A stretch of 62,608 nucleotides of DNA, the filler included. It is 11 parts of 11 records of this genome, joined end to end, with 100 filler letters (N's around TTAATTAATTAA, not from the genome) between each part and the next. Parts side by side here need not be neighbours in the genome. Positions count along the whole stretch, not along the records: positions 40,368 to 43,590 come from SRR15195285_4278; positions 43,691 to 47,919 come from SRR15195285_4279; positions 48,020 to 51,992 come from SRR15195285_4284; 8 more parts are not named here. One strand, given 5' to 3'. A model generated the notes under the pieces. The model was given only the letters and a program-made list of their open reading frames with translations. It did no database searches and was not told the DNA's origin. Positions 40,633 through 51,778 of the stretch are shown in pieces (the first letter of the stretch is position 1; each line of letters begins with the position of its first letter). Position numbers and translations under genes: made by a program.

Positions 40633-43074
40633 ATGGGAGCGAAGAAGCGGCGCGGGCAGCAGATGGTGGCGGCGGCTGAGATCCGGCGCCCATCAGAGGA
40701 ATTCCACTCAGAGCTGATCCCAGTCGAGATCTCGTTGGGCTGCGACGACCTCCCGATCCTTCAGGCCACCGGGAGCTGCCTCTCAGTCTTTGCGGTGCTC
40801 TGGGTGCGAAAGCAGGGCAACGAGCGATGGCAGGAGCATGGGCGCACGGAGGTGGTGCGCAGCGGTAGTGCTCCACAGTTTGCGCGCTCGTTCTTTCTCG
40901 ATTATCTCGATCACGACGATGTCCTTCGCAACGAGGAGTACGACACGTGGCTGCGCGTTGAGCTATTCCAGCATACCGGCACAACGGTCGCGGACCTGGA
41001 GAAGCAGAAGCGCTGCGGTTGGGTGGAGACGACACTGCGTGAGCTGTATCGTACGCCCATCAAGCAGATGGCGCTCGATCTACGGCTATCGCGCTCCAGC
41101 GTAATCAAACATGGCGCACTCGATCTGCGCATCGCTGATGCACCACGAGACACACTGCAACCGTTCGTGGAGTTTAGCTTGGCTGCTGCCCTCGGAAAGG
41201 CTGGCCGTGGGGCTAAGTCGACGGGCGCCAGCCGCAGCGCAGCTACGGGCGAGTACTTCGTGACGTGCCATCGTTACACGCACGGTGGAGTATTTGAGCT
41301 CTTTTACCGCACCGAACGCGCGCGTCCGGCTACATCATCGGCTGCCGGGGCCTCTGTATCCTTTGGAGCCGTCAAGCAGTCACTGCAGCGTTGCTGCTTT
41401 GGGAAGCACGACACGTTCCTACGATATGAGCTCTGGCAAGAGGACAAGTTGGGGTTCCACCAAAAGCTGGGTTCCATCGACACCACCCTGGCAGAAATGC
41501 TCGAGGCCCAGACGTCTCAAAAGGCCGCAGACAAGCGCAGTGCAAAGGACGACGAGGAGGCGACTAATGCCACAGAGAAGCCTGACGTGCGCAAAGAAGG
41601 ACGACGACGGCGGCGTGCCGCGACGCCAGGTGGCAACGCGGATGTGACCATGGTACAGTACGACCTTAAAGCACCCAAATCTGAGAAGGACGATGACAAC
41701 GGTCCGAAGTGGGTGATGGGATCGATGGGCGCTCTGCCACTTGATGAACGTGCCGCAGCGCAGCTGCCAGTCCTAATGTTGCACGCCGAGCTCTTCTCAT
41801 CCACAGCTCCGGACGAGGACGCGGCTGCAGCGTCCGGTATCATGTCAACCAGCGCTAGTGTCAAGGCTGGGCGCAAAGAGAAGAAAGCATCGCAGACACA
41901 GCTGAAAAGAGTAGCTGGGCTCTCTGCAGCAACCGCCAGCGCCGAGTTCGGGGGCGACCTGGACTTCCTAAAAGAGCTACTGGACGACACCGTGGTCAGC
42001 GAGAGCGACGTGAAAGATATTGTTGGAGATGGGATCAGATACCTTCACGAGCGGCATCATCGCTCTTCGACGACGACTGGGCGCGGGCACAAAAACTCTA
42101 AGGCGCGTGGAGGGGCTGGATATTTCCTCGACGGTGCAGAGGGTAGTCGTGGTAGCGGAGCGGCCGGCCGCGGCAGTCCGGGCATGAAACTGAAGCCTCC
42201 CCGCTCGACGAAGGCGAGCCAAGGGCATGCGATGCTGCTTCGACTAGCGGCAGTCGAGGAAAAGGCGGCGGCTTCATCACCTCAAGCTGACAAACGGAGA
42301 CGAAGGCGCCGGCCGAAGTCGACCCCCGCAGGTCCGCAGGACGGAAGCCCTAATCACGATGCAGATGAAACGGATCGGCCGCAGACGGAAGGCGGAGGCG
42401 CACGCCTTCCTTCGATTCGAACAGGTGGAAACTTGAGAGTTGAAGCACGAGCAGCTGAGGCGAAGCAGAAGCACGCGCAACGAAGATCGAAGCAGGCAGA
42501 GGCAGACAGCAGAAGATCGGTCAAGTTAGGCGATCGAGGGCGATTTGTGAACGCATTGCGCTCGGATGAGAGCACGCGAACCATGACTGGCCAGGCAGTG
42601 GCGGCGTTGGAAGATGAGGAAAGACAAGGCAGATTCATGATGCAGCCACCAGCACCCGGTGTATACGCAGCACTGCAGCAACAATCTAAGAGCAACAGAG
42701 GCAGCAGAGGTAGCAATGGTGGCAGGCGTTCGCGCGGAAGAGCAGCACTAGCTGAGCGTGCGATCAATAGCGCGACGATCGAGCGGCTGGCCACCCCGCA
42801 GAAAAGGGCTATGCGAGTGTCGGAGCAGAAACAGAAACAGCGGCAGCACCGACGATCAAGCCCATTCCAGCCTGGTCGATGCCCGAAAGCCAGGGAGGCG
42901 AGACGTGCGCCGGTTGATGATTACGACTATGTTGACGACGACGATTTTGACTACTCCAGCGAGGACGACTGGGAGTCACGACCGCTAGGGGATGGCCCGG
43001 GCCGTTTCCCTGACAAGCTTCCGAGTGTGAGAGCGTCGTTCGAAGCGGAAGAAGTCGAAGAGAGGTTAGGGTAG
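40633..43074 (+). CDS. Protein with tandem copine-like C2 domains and a long disordered tail
   Basis: VEISLGC.DL..W.EHGRTEVV....PQFARSF.LDY (C2A-like) and YRTE...LRYELW.ED..LGSIDTTL (C2B-like). No vWA domain seen. Confidence 0.7.
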   Translation: MGAKKRRGQQMVAAAEIRRPSEEFHSELIPVEISLGCDDLPILQATGSCLSVFAVLWVRKQGNERWQEHGRTEVVRSGSAPQFARSFFLDYLDHDDVLRNEEYDTWLRVELFQHTGTTVADLEKQKRCGWVETTLRELYRTPIKQMALDLRLSRSSVIKHGALDLRIADAPRDTLQPFVEFSLAAALGKAGRGAKSTGASRSAATGEYFVTCHRYTHGGVFELFYRTERARPATSSAAGASVSFGAVKQSLQRCCFGKHDTFLRYELWQEDKLGFHQKLGSIDTTLAEMLEAQTSQKAADKRSAKDDEEATNATEKPDVRKEGRRRRRAATPGGNADVTMVQYDLKAPKSEKDDDNGPKWVMGSMGALPLDERAAAQLPVLMLHAELFSSTAPDEDAAAASGIMSTSASVKAGRKEKKASQTQLKRVAGLSAATASAEFGGDLDFLKELLDDTVVSESDVKDIVGDGIRYLHERHHRSSTTTGRGHKNSKARGGAGYFLDGAEGSRGSGAAGRGSPGMKLKPPRSTKASQGHAMLLRLAAVEEKAAASSPQADKRRRRRRPKSTPAGPQDGSPNHDADETDRPQTEGGGARLPSIRTGGNLRVEARAAEAKQKHAQRRSKQAEADSRRSVKLGDRGRFVNALRSDESTRTMTGQAVAALEDEERQGRFMMQPPAPGVYAALQQQSKSNRGSRGSNGGRRSRGRAALAERAINSATIERLATPQKRAMRVSEQKQKQRQHRRSSPFQPGRCPKAREARRAPVDDYDYVDDDDFDYSSEDDWESRPLGDGPGRFPDKLPSVRASFEAEEVEERLG

Positions 43075-43238
43075 AGCTGGTCGTGCGCAAGCTTTCTTTT
43101 GTTTCTGTGTGGCAATCCACAGTCGCCACTTTACTTAGCACACCACAGAACAAGGCACGAGTGCATTCCAAAGCGTGCCAAGCGCCACCGCCACCACCCT
43201 CGCCTCCGAGTGCTGACATTGGCAGCCTATGCACTCGC

Positions 43239-43590
43239 TCACAGCAGGACCCCTCTGGCACCGGCTGTGCCACCCTCGCCGTGCTTGTCGCCTTGGAGAA
43301 ATCCGTCGACAGTGTCGTATGGCACGCACAGAATGTCGTCCTTCATGACCGGTGTGGGGTCGTCCTCCCCGATCTGCACGGACCCGCAGTCCTCGAGAGC
43401 CTTGAAAAACACGTGCCGGTCCTTCTTCGGCCGCACCACCATGTCGACGTCGTAGTCGGCCTTGATCGCGTCGATCTGGTTGTACTGCACCGGGCAGTAG
43501 TCCAGCACCTCGCTATTGAAGTGCCGCTTCCGCATCTCCGTGTAGCGCTCCCAATAATTGCGCTCGGGCTCCGTCATGCGGGCTTGCATC
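43239..43590 (-). CDS. GINS4: GINS complex subunit Sld5, C-terminal fragment
   Basis: E..Y...Y.....HF...VL...P..Y...DMVVRP..DRHVFFKALED.G.V...DILCVPY..V..FL matches the Sld5 C-terminal B-domain pattern. Confidence 0.75.
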
Positions 43591-43690
43591 NNNNNNNNNN
43601 NNNNNNNNNNNNNNNNNNNNNNNNNNNNNNNNNNTTAATTAATTAANNNNNNNNNNNNNNNNNNNNNNNNNNNNNNNNNNNNNNNNNNNN

Positions 43691-43750
43691 CCTCTCTGTC
43701 TCTCTGTCTCTCTGTCTCTCGGTCTCTCTGTCTCTCTGTCTCTCCGTCTC
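43691..43750. repeat. (TCTCTGTC)-type microsatellite at the contig start, intronic
   Basis: Directly visible CT/GT tract. Other contig ends also stop in simple repeats (32481-32510, 47891-47919, 51964-51992). Confidence 0.9.
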
Positions 43751-43777
43751 GCTAATTCCCTCCTTGTTCTTGTGCAG

Positions 43778-46700
43778 GATCTCGACGATGTGATCGCCCA
43801 GGTCGAGAGCAAGAGCAGGAGCCGCGAGGAGGCCCGGCTGGAGGAATCGGCCGCCGCGGGTGTGGGTAAGTCCCTGCAGGAGATCATGGACGCGGGCGGC
43901 GACAAAAGCTACCAAATCAAGGTAGGCGTAGGCGCCACGAACGAGCGTCTCCAACCGGCGTGTGCTGCGCTGCTGTGTACTCACGCAGCGCGTGCCGCAC
44001 TTTTCCTCTCTGCTTGTACAGAACAAGACGCTGAAAGGCAAGAAGGTTGACGTGCCTGGGCAGAAGAACAAAAAGAAGGTCGGGGAGGACGGCACCTTGC
44101 TCGTCGGCGCGATGGGCATCAAGATCATGGACGGGCCGGACGTGGTTGCGAGCTACCTGCTGCAAAAACTTGTGTCTTGGGAAGCTACCGGGGACGTCCT
44201 GCGAATAGGGCTAGACGACAAGAACTGGGTGGAATTCGTCACTGACGACGGCTCAGAGATCTGTGAGGACATTCTGACAATTGCAAAGCAACTTGTCTCA
44301 CAGAAGAAGGAGGACGAGAAGAAGCGGGAGGACGAGAAGGCGGCCGCCGTCGCAGCTCGACGAGAGAAGGGCATCCGCGACTTCGATGTGACGCAGACCT
44401 TTTGGAGCAAGAAGAAGAAGTCCAAGGTCCCCCCCGAGGTGGGACTCTCGGTCGGCATTGATGGCATCGATATCACAGGTGCGCTGTTGCTGCCTGCTTC
44501 TGTACGCAACTTGCTGCATTTCGTGCATAGTGCGCCGCTCATCGTCCCGAGCACGTCGCAGCTACGATCGATGGTGTCAAAACGAAGGTCGAGACCATAG
44601 CCATCCAGAACGTCGTATCCTGGGAAACTGTCAAAGATCGAGAAATCTTTCGGCTGACCATCAAAGCGGGTGCAATCGAATCGGATGCAAAGTTCACTGG
44701 AGTGATCGACTTCGGGACTGCAGAAGCGGAAGCGATTAAGCAAGACTTGCTAGACGTGGCACAACAGCTGGCGAAGAAGAAAAAGCAGGATCGCGCGGCC
44801 AAGAAGGAGGCCACACGACTGGCAGAGGAAGAGAAAGCACGCCTGGCAATGAAGCTGGAGGACACGATCTCGGAACTGTACCTCGACACGATTGGGCTAT
44901 GCAAGGCCCCAGACATAAGCTCCGACCCGTATGCTGCTTTCGACGGCGTAGTAACGTTGCCTGAGGGAGCTGACAGCCCCGACCCGCCCGCCTCGTGGGC
45001 CGATGAGCTGAAAAGTGCAGTCGATCACGACAGCTTGCTGAAGGTGCTGCTTCGTGTCGCATGGACCAAGCCTTCCGGCGATGACGCCCACGAGCCGGTG
45101 ATGGCACCTGCAGCAACGATGTTGCTGGCAGAACTTTTAGTGGAGTCTGACAAAAAGGAGGATATGAACGTTGATGCGGAGATCATCCAGGCTGCATGCT
45201 TGGCGTTGCTGAATGTTGGAAAGAATGAGGCGAACCGAGACTCGATTGTGAGCGAAGGTGGTGTTGAGCTCTGCATGGGCTGGCTCGACAAGCATGTTGG
45301 GTCACTGGACATGTGCCGTGCCGTCACTCGCGTCCTGGTCCAGCTGCTGACCAATGAGAACGCCTACCAGAAGCTGGTGGACGATAAGAAGTCGATATCG
45401 AATTCGATGGCCACAGTGCTCAAGGTAGTGACGCATCACTCTACTGCCGATGCTGGCAGTCTAGTTCCTGTGGTTTCAGTGGCAACTATATCTGCGAACC
45501 CACTGTTCAGTCCCACCGTCGACGTTCTTGAGAAGGCTCTGGCCGTAATTTCTACCATGCTACGCGTCTCGTCCATGGCCAGAGTGCAGTTCTGTGCGCA
45601 AGGCGGCATCGATACCCTCAACAATGTTCTTGGCTCACAATCATCAGCGCAGCTGTACGCTGTTGCTATCACTGGCATCCTTACCACGCTGGTCGACGTA
45701 ACCGAAGGCGATGACGCAGACCCATCTCCAGTCATCAGCAAGCGAGTTGATGATATGGTCAAAGCGAAAATGTACGTAGGTGCATTTGCAGCTTTTCAGC
45801 ATCGTGTTGCAGACCTCACACTGGGTGCCACGGCCTCTCTCGTGTTGCGCATGCTGAGGTCATCTAGCAAAAATGCCACGGCGGTGACCGAGTACGTATT
45901 TGGAACTGATGGAGAGTCTGGAGAAAACCAAACTTTTGCCATGCTACTAAACGCACTGAACAGCTGCACTGATCGTAAAGTCGAACCAATCTCACTGGGT
46001 CTGCTGATTTTCATGATCGCGCATCTTGCACAAAACAAGGATTTGAAAGAACGCATCGTTGCAAAAGGAGTTCTGTCTTGCATTGTGAACCTGATGAAGG
46101 CACACAAGAAACAACGTACCATCCAAGAGTCGTGCTTAATCGCTCTTCATTTATTGTGCACTGGTTTGCCAGAAGATGTGCACATGATGCTGCCGGGGTA
46201 CTTGGGTATATCTGCAGAGCATCTTGAGCAAGAAGAGTCTGAGGAAGGTGGCGAGGCCAAGCCAGTGCGTTACGAGGTGCTACGCCGCGCAGCCTTGCGC
46301 AAAGCATTCGACCTATCATCCTCGCAGGTCGGCGTGTTGGAGATCGGAGATATCGTCGAGTCAACAGAACAAAAAGTGAATCATCTTGGCCAGACACGCA
46401 TCAAAACAGAAAAGGGCTGGACCAGTCTCGAAGCTCGAGACGGTGGTATTTTGCTGGTCAAAAAGGAGGACGATGACCTTGAAGAACGCCTGCAGGCAAA
46501 GTCGGATGAAGTTGTTGCATCGCTGTTTCTACCACTCCGCACGTTTGCTGATGATGAGGCCGTGGCTGAGGCGTGCTTCTACGCTGTCAGGTCCCTTCTG
46601 GTAGGATCGAACATGCTGAAAAAGAGTGTTGCTCGGTCTGGGTCTCTTGATCTGATCGGCGAAGCACTCAGCGAGCATGCTGATGTCGCAGGCGTTGCCG

Positions 46701-47919
46701 CAAACGGTTGTGAAACGATCAGAGTTGTTGTCTCGCAGTGCAAAGCAGTTCAGAAGGCCCTAAAGAAGACCGACGTGGTTGTGGCTGCTATTGCAAAGGT
46801 GTTGGAGATTCATCCCGCAAGCGAGCCCGTGATTGCCAGTGCATTTGGTTGCATCGAAGAATGCTCGAGCACTGCCGCCGCAGGAAACAAGACTTTCCTC
46901 GAAAAACTTGCTAGTTCTGAGTTGGACGGTGGCTATCTCGTGGATGCAATTCTCAAAGAGCATAAGGGATCTAAACGAGACCTGCTTGAGGCGGGCTTAA
47001 AGATTCGGGCCAAGCTGGCGAAACATGAGCAGCCCAAGGAAGAAGAAAAGAGCGCCTCTACCAAAGATGTCGGCATGGGTGCAGGGCGCCGTGCGTCGCT
47101 TTCGATTTTTGCTCAGCCAGCAGGAGCACCAATGAAGAAGTCCACGTCCAAAGACATGGGTACGCTTGAAGAGCTGCAAGAGGAAGAAGAGGAGGAAGAC
47201 GATGCTTTCGATGTCCTGAACGAGATGATGAATGAGATGTTTGAAGTGAAGCAGAGCCACATCAAGAAAGCACCGAAGCAGGTGCAACTTCAAGTTGGTA
47301 GCATGGGCCTCACATTCTACGACAAAGATATGAAGCCGCTCGACAATATCATGTATCAGTCTCTACTCTCTTGGAAAGCGACCGGAAAGGAGGTTATACT
47401 TCAGGTTAAGATACCCGGGAAGGAGGACAAATCGGATGACGTAAAACTCAAGTGCCCGGCCGAACAAGCGCAAGAAATTGTTAAACAAATGGAATCACAG
47501 GCATCAAAACTTGCAGCGGAGCATCGCGCACGCCGCAAATTCAAGGTTCAGCAAACACACCTTAAGGGAAGCCCGGAGCAGGTTCTTCTACAAGTTCAGG
47601 ACAAGGTTGTGGCTTTTATGGACAGCAAGACCGAAGAAGTCATTGACGAAATACCTTTCACTGAACTGTCCAAATGGGAGGTGACTGGAATTAAAGGAGG
47701 TGGTAAGCAGAAGAAGTTGACACTCTCTAGGACTGGAGACCTACCTGCGGTAGAAATGCAGACTGCTAAGACGTCTGCCATCGTTGACGCACTGGAGCTG
47801 AAAGCGGGGCCACGCGACGAACCGGAAAGCGAAACAGCAGCTGGTGCAGAAGAAGGTGTCCCGCCAGAGCCTGGTGAGCTGGACGCCAATGCTGCTGCTG
47901 CTGCCGCCGCCGCCGCCGC
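43778..47919 (+). CDS. Large protein fragment with four PH/PTB-like repeats, ARM repeats and an SH3-like insert; both ends off contig
   Basis: Introns about 43922-44021 and 44479-44561 join the frames. Repeat consensus V.Q.H.K..P..V.L.VG.MG..D...I...L.SW. SH3-like YEVLRRAALRKAFDLSS..VGVL..G..GWTS at about 46270-46460. Confidence 0.75.
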
Positions 47920-48044
47920 NNNNNNNNNNNNNNNNNNNNNNNNNNNNNNNNNNNNNNNNNNNNTTAATTAATTAANNNNNNNNNNNNNNNNNNNNNNNNN
48001 NNNNNNNNNNNNNNNNNNNCCTCTTTATCCTGTGTAGGGAGCCA

Positions 48045-48340
48045 TAGTACTAGTACGTGTACTACTATCAATAGTAGACCGGTAGTACTAGTAGTAGTAC
48101 CCAGTGTACAATTTAACTAAAAAAATGCTAGTAGTAGTACCTCTTAATCTGGTACCAGCATAATAAGTATTCGAATGTGCCGAGTGTACTAGAAGTATAG
48201 ATCAATGATAGTACCAAGTACGATGAATACTACAGCTGTATAGTACGCTAGTATGTACTATAGTATGTAGCATGAGTACTTGTACGATGAATAGTGCTAC
48301 TATGAATACACGTACTAGTAGTAGAGATCTAGTACCGAAG
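48045..48340. promoter_or_regulatory. TAGTA/GTAC-rich upstream region
   Basis: Dense AGTAC/TAGTA/TACTA words about 140-430 nt upstream of the ATG at 48477, sharply different from coding composition. Confidence 0.4.
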
Positions 48341-48476
48341 TACCCAGTTGCACCGACCGTGCGGCCTGCTGTCGCGGTGCACAGCTCCTGCACAGCGAGC
48401 CTAGCTCTCCGCGTGGAATAGCTGCGTGGAGGCCACCGGGGCTGCTTGGTAGGACGGCACACGCCGTACGGTCAAC

Positions 48477-49424
48477 ATGCGAGTGGCCAGCTTCGCGATG
48501 CTCGCTGCGTGCGTGTCGGCGCTCGCGGCTTCGGCTCAGGCGCGCGAAAAGAAGCCGCCGCCGGAGCTGCATTTGGCCGTGGCCGCTGGGGACCTGGAGG
48601 ACGTGGTGAGGATACTCGACGAGGGCGCAGACATCGAGGAGCGGGACAGCAACGGCGAGAACGCGCTGATGCACGCCGCTTGGGAGGGCCACGCAGAGAT
48701 AGCGCAGCTGCTCGTGGACAAGGGAATCGACAAGAACAACCAGGACAGAGGTGGCGACTACCCGCTCCTCTTCGCGGCCTTCCGCGGTCACCTGCCTATC
48801 GTCCAGCTGCTGTGCAACTCCGGCGGCATGGAGCCCGACCTGCAGAACATGGGCGGCTTCACATCGCTGATGATGGCCGTGGTAAGCCCTCTATTTTGGT
48901 TCGATCTGGCACTGCAGCGTGTGACTGACGCTGTCGCTGTTGTGCCCTCGCAGCAAGTGTCAAGGCACAGCCCAGGCGGCATGAAAATGGTGGCGACGCT
49001 GCTCTCGTGCGGGGCAACGACGGGGGTGAAAACGAAAGAGGATAGAGACGTGTACTCGTTGTCGCGTGAAGACGCAAGAAAAGAGGTGCAAGAGCTGATC
49101 AAAAACGAAGATCGCTGCAGCCAGCTGTGCACAGCACTGTGCAGTGAGGGGGACAACACGGATCCGACGTGCAGGGGGTGGGACGACGGCACATCCGCCC
49201 TCACCGGGAAAGCAACGAAGTGCGAGCTCAACGACGACGAGAGCGGATGTGCGGTGGAGGGCGGCGACTGCACATACATTCCAGCGACATTTGCCGAGGT
49301 CCCTGAGGCCGCCTGTCTAGCCGAGTGCACGACTAAGCATGAGGGCTCGCACGGGTGCGGTGACAAGCCGGCGCCGCGGCGCCGCAAGCGTTCTGCGGAA
49401 CCTGGCGACAAGGCTGACCTGTAG
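48477..49424 (+). CDS. Signal-peptide ankyrin-repeat protein with a Cys-rich C-terminal module, ending KADL
   Basis: Signal peptide MRVASFAMLAACVSALAASAQA. Canonical ankyrin repeats LHLAVAAGD, GENALMHAAWEGH, GDYPLLFAAFRGH. Probable in-frame intron 48882-48953. Confidence 0.85.
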   Translation: MRVASFAMLAACVSALAASAQAREKKPPPELHLAVAAGDLEDVVRILDEGADIEERDSNGENALMHAAWEGHAEIAQLLVDKGIDKNNQDRGGDYPLLFAAFRGHLPIVQLLCNSGGMEPDLQNMGGFTSLMMAVVSPLFWFDLALQRVTDAVAVVPSQQVSRHSPGGMKMVATLLSCGATTGVKTKEDRDVYSLSREDARKEVQELIKNEDRCSQLCTALCSEGDNTDPTCRGWDDGTSALTGKATKCELNDDESGCAVEGGDCTYIPATFAEVPEAACLAECTTKHEGSHGCGDKPAPRRRKRSAEPGDKADL

Positions 49425-49548
49425 GAAAGTCAGGGCTTCCACACACGCATAGTAGACAACATGCAGATTGGTGTAGCTTGCAAACATCGTTTCACTTAAG
49501 CTCACTCCCGGCGAACAAATTGTCCTAACAAATTGACCACGATGTAGG

Positions 49549-51778
49549 TCAGTGCGCCGCTGCCGTTCGCTGCTGCTTCTTGTGCTCTTCCATGGTCTCC
49601 TTCAGCAACGCCTGCATCCCAGCACCCATATCCATCCCTCCGCCACCACCGGCACTGCTCCCTTCTCCCATGACTCTCGCCATCTCCTCCATCATCGCGT
49701 CTGTCTCTGCGTCACCAAACACGTTTTCTGGAGGTGCGTACGCCGCGCGCTCGAAGGAGTCCTGGTCGTCGAGATGCTCCTTTGCGCCAGTACGCAGCCG
49801 ATCGCTTGCATCGATGTCTAGCGTGCTCACGAGGCGAGTGAGCTGCACGGACAAGCTATTGCTCTTCTTGCTGAACTTGGCGCTCACGGCATCCACATCC
49901 ACGGCCTGTGGCAAGTACAATCTCAGCTTGTAGTCAGCACTCTCAAGCACAAATTCATCCTCAGAGACATCGATATCAACGCCTTTCATGCTTTTCGTCC
50001 CGGGCAAGGAGATGACCAGCTTGAAGCCTTCTGTTGTCTTCGTCAGTTCGTGCTCGGGCTGCTGTTTGCCACCCTTCTCGCCCTTGCTCGTTCTCTTCGC
50101 CTTCTGCTTTTGGGTGTCGCTTGCCGATGCCGCGGCCATCTGCTCCATCTTGTCCGCCCAGTACGCATCTTCTGCTGCCTTGCGCGCGCTCTCGGATGCC
50201 GACACCGCATCGCCTCCAGCTGCAGCTTCGGCCGCCGCTTTTGCAGCCTCTTGCATCTTAGCTTCCGAAGCTTTCCGTTTCTCTTCCTTTGCCGCGCGCA
50301 AAGCCGCCTCCGCCTCCGCAGCTTTCTGCATTTCCGCCTCTTCCTCTGCCTGGCGCTGTTTCTCGAGCTGCTCTCGCGCCTGCTCAAGCTGCGCGGCTGC
50401 TTTCGAATTCTTCGGAGATAATTCCACTACCTTTTCGAGGTCACGCACAGCTCCCAGCCACTTGAACTGCGACGCACGAGCCGTGCCGCGGCGGAAAAGC
50501 GCCTTCAGGTTTGAGGTTTCGAGAGCCAGCGCCTCTGTTGCCGCGGCCTCGGCCTCTGGGTGTTGACCGAGCTGTAGCAGCGCAGCGGCGCGGTTGTTGT
50601 GCCAGCTCACGCGGCAGCTGCGCACATCCGGGTCGGTGTCGGGAGCACGTGCCGCTCGTAAGCATCCAAGCGCCTCCCCCCATTTCATCACGGCGTCGCC
50701 GTAGTCGCGTTCCTTGAAGGCACTAGATGCCGTAGAGGCCACGGCCTCCGCTGCACCCCGCGCATTGTCTATCACAGCCTTTGCAGCTTTTGCCTTCGCG
50801 ATTTCCTCCGCCTCTTTCTCCTGCCGCTTCCGCAGTTTTTCGGCCTCTCGCTCCTTCTTTTTCCGGTCGGCTGCCGCCTGCGCCTCTACCTCTTTCATTC
50901 GGCGCTCGGTCTCGGCCTGGGTCGGGCCGCTATCGCCAGGCATGCGCTTGCCTGTACTCACGTAGTTCTCCATCATCTGCTTCTGGTGATCCTCGGGCGT
51001 CGTTGCTGTGTCCACGACCTGCACCATGCTGCGGAGCTTCTTAGGCATCCAGCCCATCGGGTCACCGGTGCCGTCTCGCAGGTGCCCGGGGTTTTCTGGG
51101 TCGTAACCCTCGTTGGAGCCGTTCGGATAGAGCACCGCCTCGCCCTTCTTATCGAAGAAGCCGGCGTTCATCTTCTTTTTGTTGATGCCAGCCCCGACAT
51201 CGCCCTTCTTCTTGCCCTTGCCCTTGCCCTTGCTCGTCTTCGCCGGCGCCTTTTCTTCGGCTGCTGCCACCGGCTGGACCAGTGGGCCTCCACGCTGGCC
51301 CGCCGCGGGAGGAGGCGGGTTCGGCGGCGGTCCGTCCATCCAGCAGTCCTCAGGCAGTTCGAACCGCTGCGGTTCGTTTGTCTGTGGGTCGCCGCCCTTG
51401 TACCGGGCACGCTTGAAGACCGTCCACTGGGTCTTACTGAGCGTCAGGCTCGTGTCCTGCTCGACGAACTTCCGCGCCAGGTTACCCAGCGCGGTGCGGT
51501 AATACTCGACGCCCAGCCCCGGCGCCCCCTCCTTCTTCCAGCAGCACTCCGTCACGCACGGGTTGAACAGCACGTCAACGCACGTGCTCTTCACGCCGTG
51601 CTCGTCGAGCCATTCCCGCGGCTTGCCTACCAGCAGCGGGATCCGCAGGCTCTCGAAGCCCTTCGTATCCAGGTAGTCCGCGTCCACCACGTTGCCCATG
51701 AACATCGGCTCCTCGATCGCCTCATGCTGCACGCAATTGATGAAAACCTTGTCGATGGAGTCCACGCCCCGCCACGCC
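49549..51778 (-). CDS. PIH1-family co-chaperone (PIH1D/DNAAF2-like) with an internal TPR domain and C-terminal CS domain; 5' exon missing
   Basis: PIH: KVFINC..H..I..P, LRIPLLVG.PR...D..G....VDV.FNP. TPR: NRAAALLQLG..EA...AL.LE..NLKALFRRG.A. CS: LVISLPG...VDIDVSE..L.LYLP..VD...AKFSKK..L.V.L. Confidence 0.8.

Noticed and set aside
48882-48953. Hydrophobic stretch VSPLFWFDLALQRVTDAVAVVPSQ as a protein insert
   Set aside because: It has a GTAAGC donor, CTGAC branch site and CAG acceptor; most likely a 72-nt in-frame intron.
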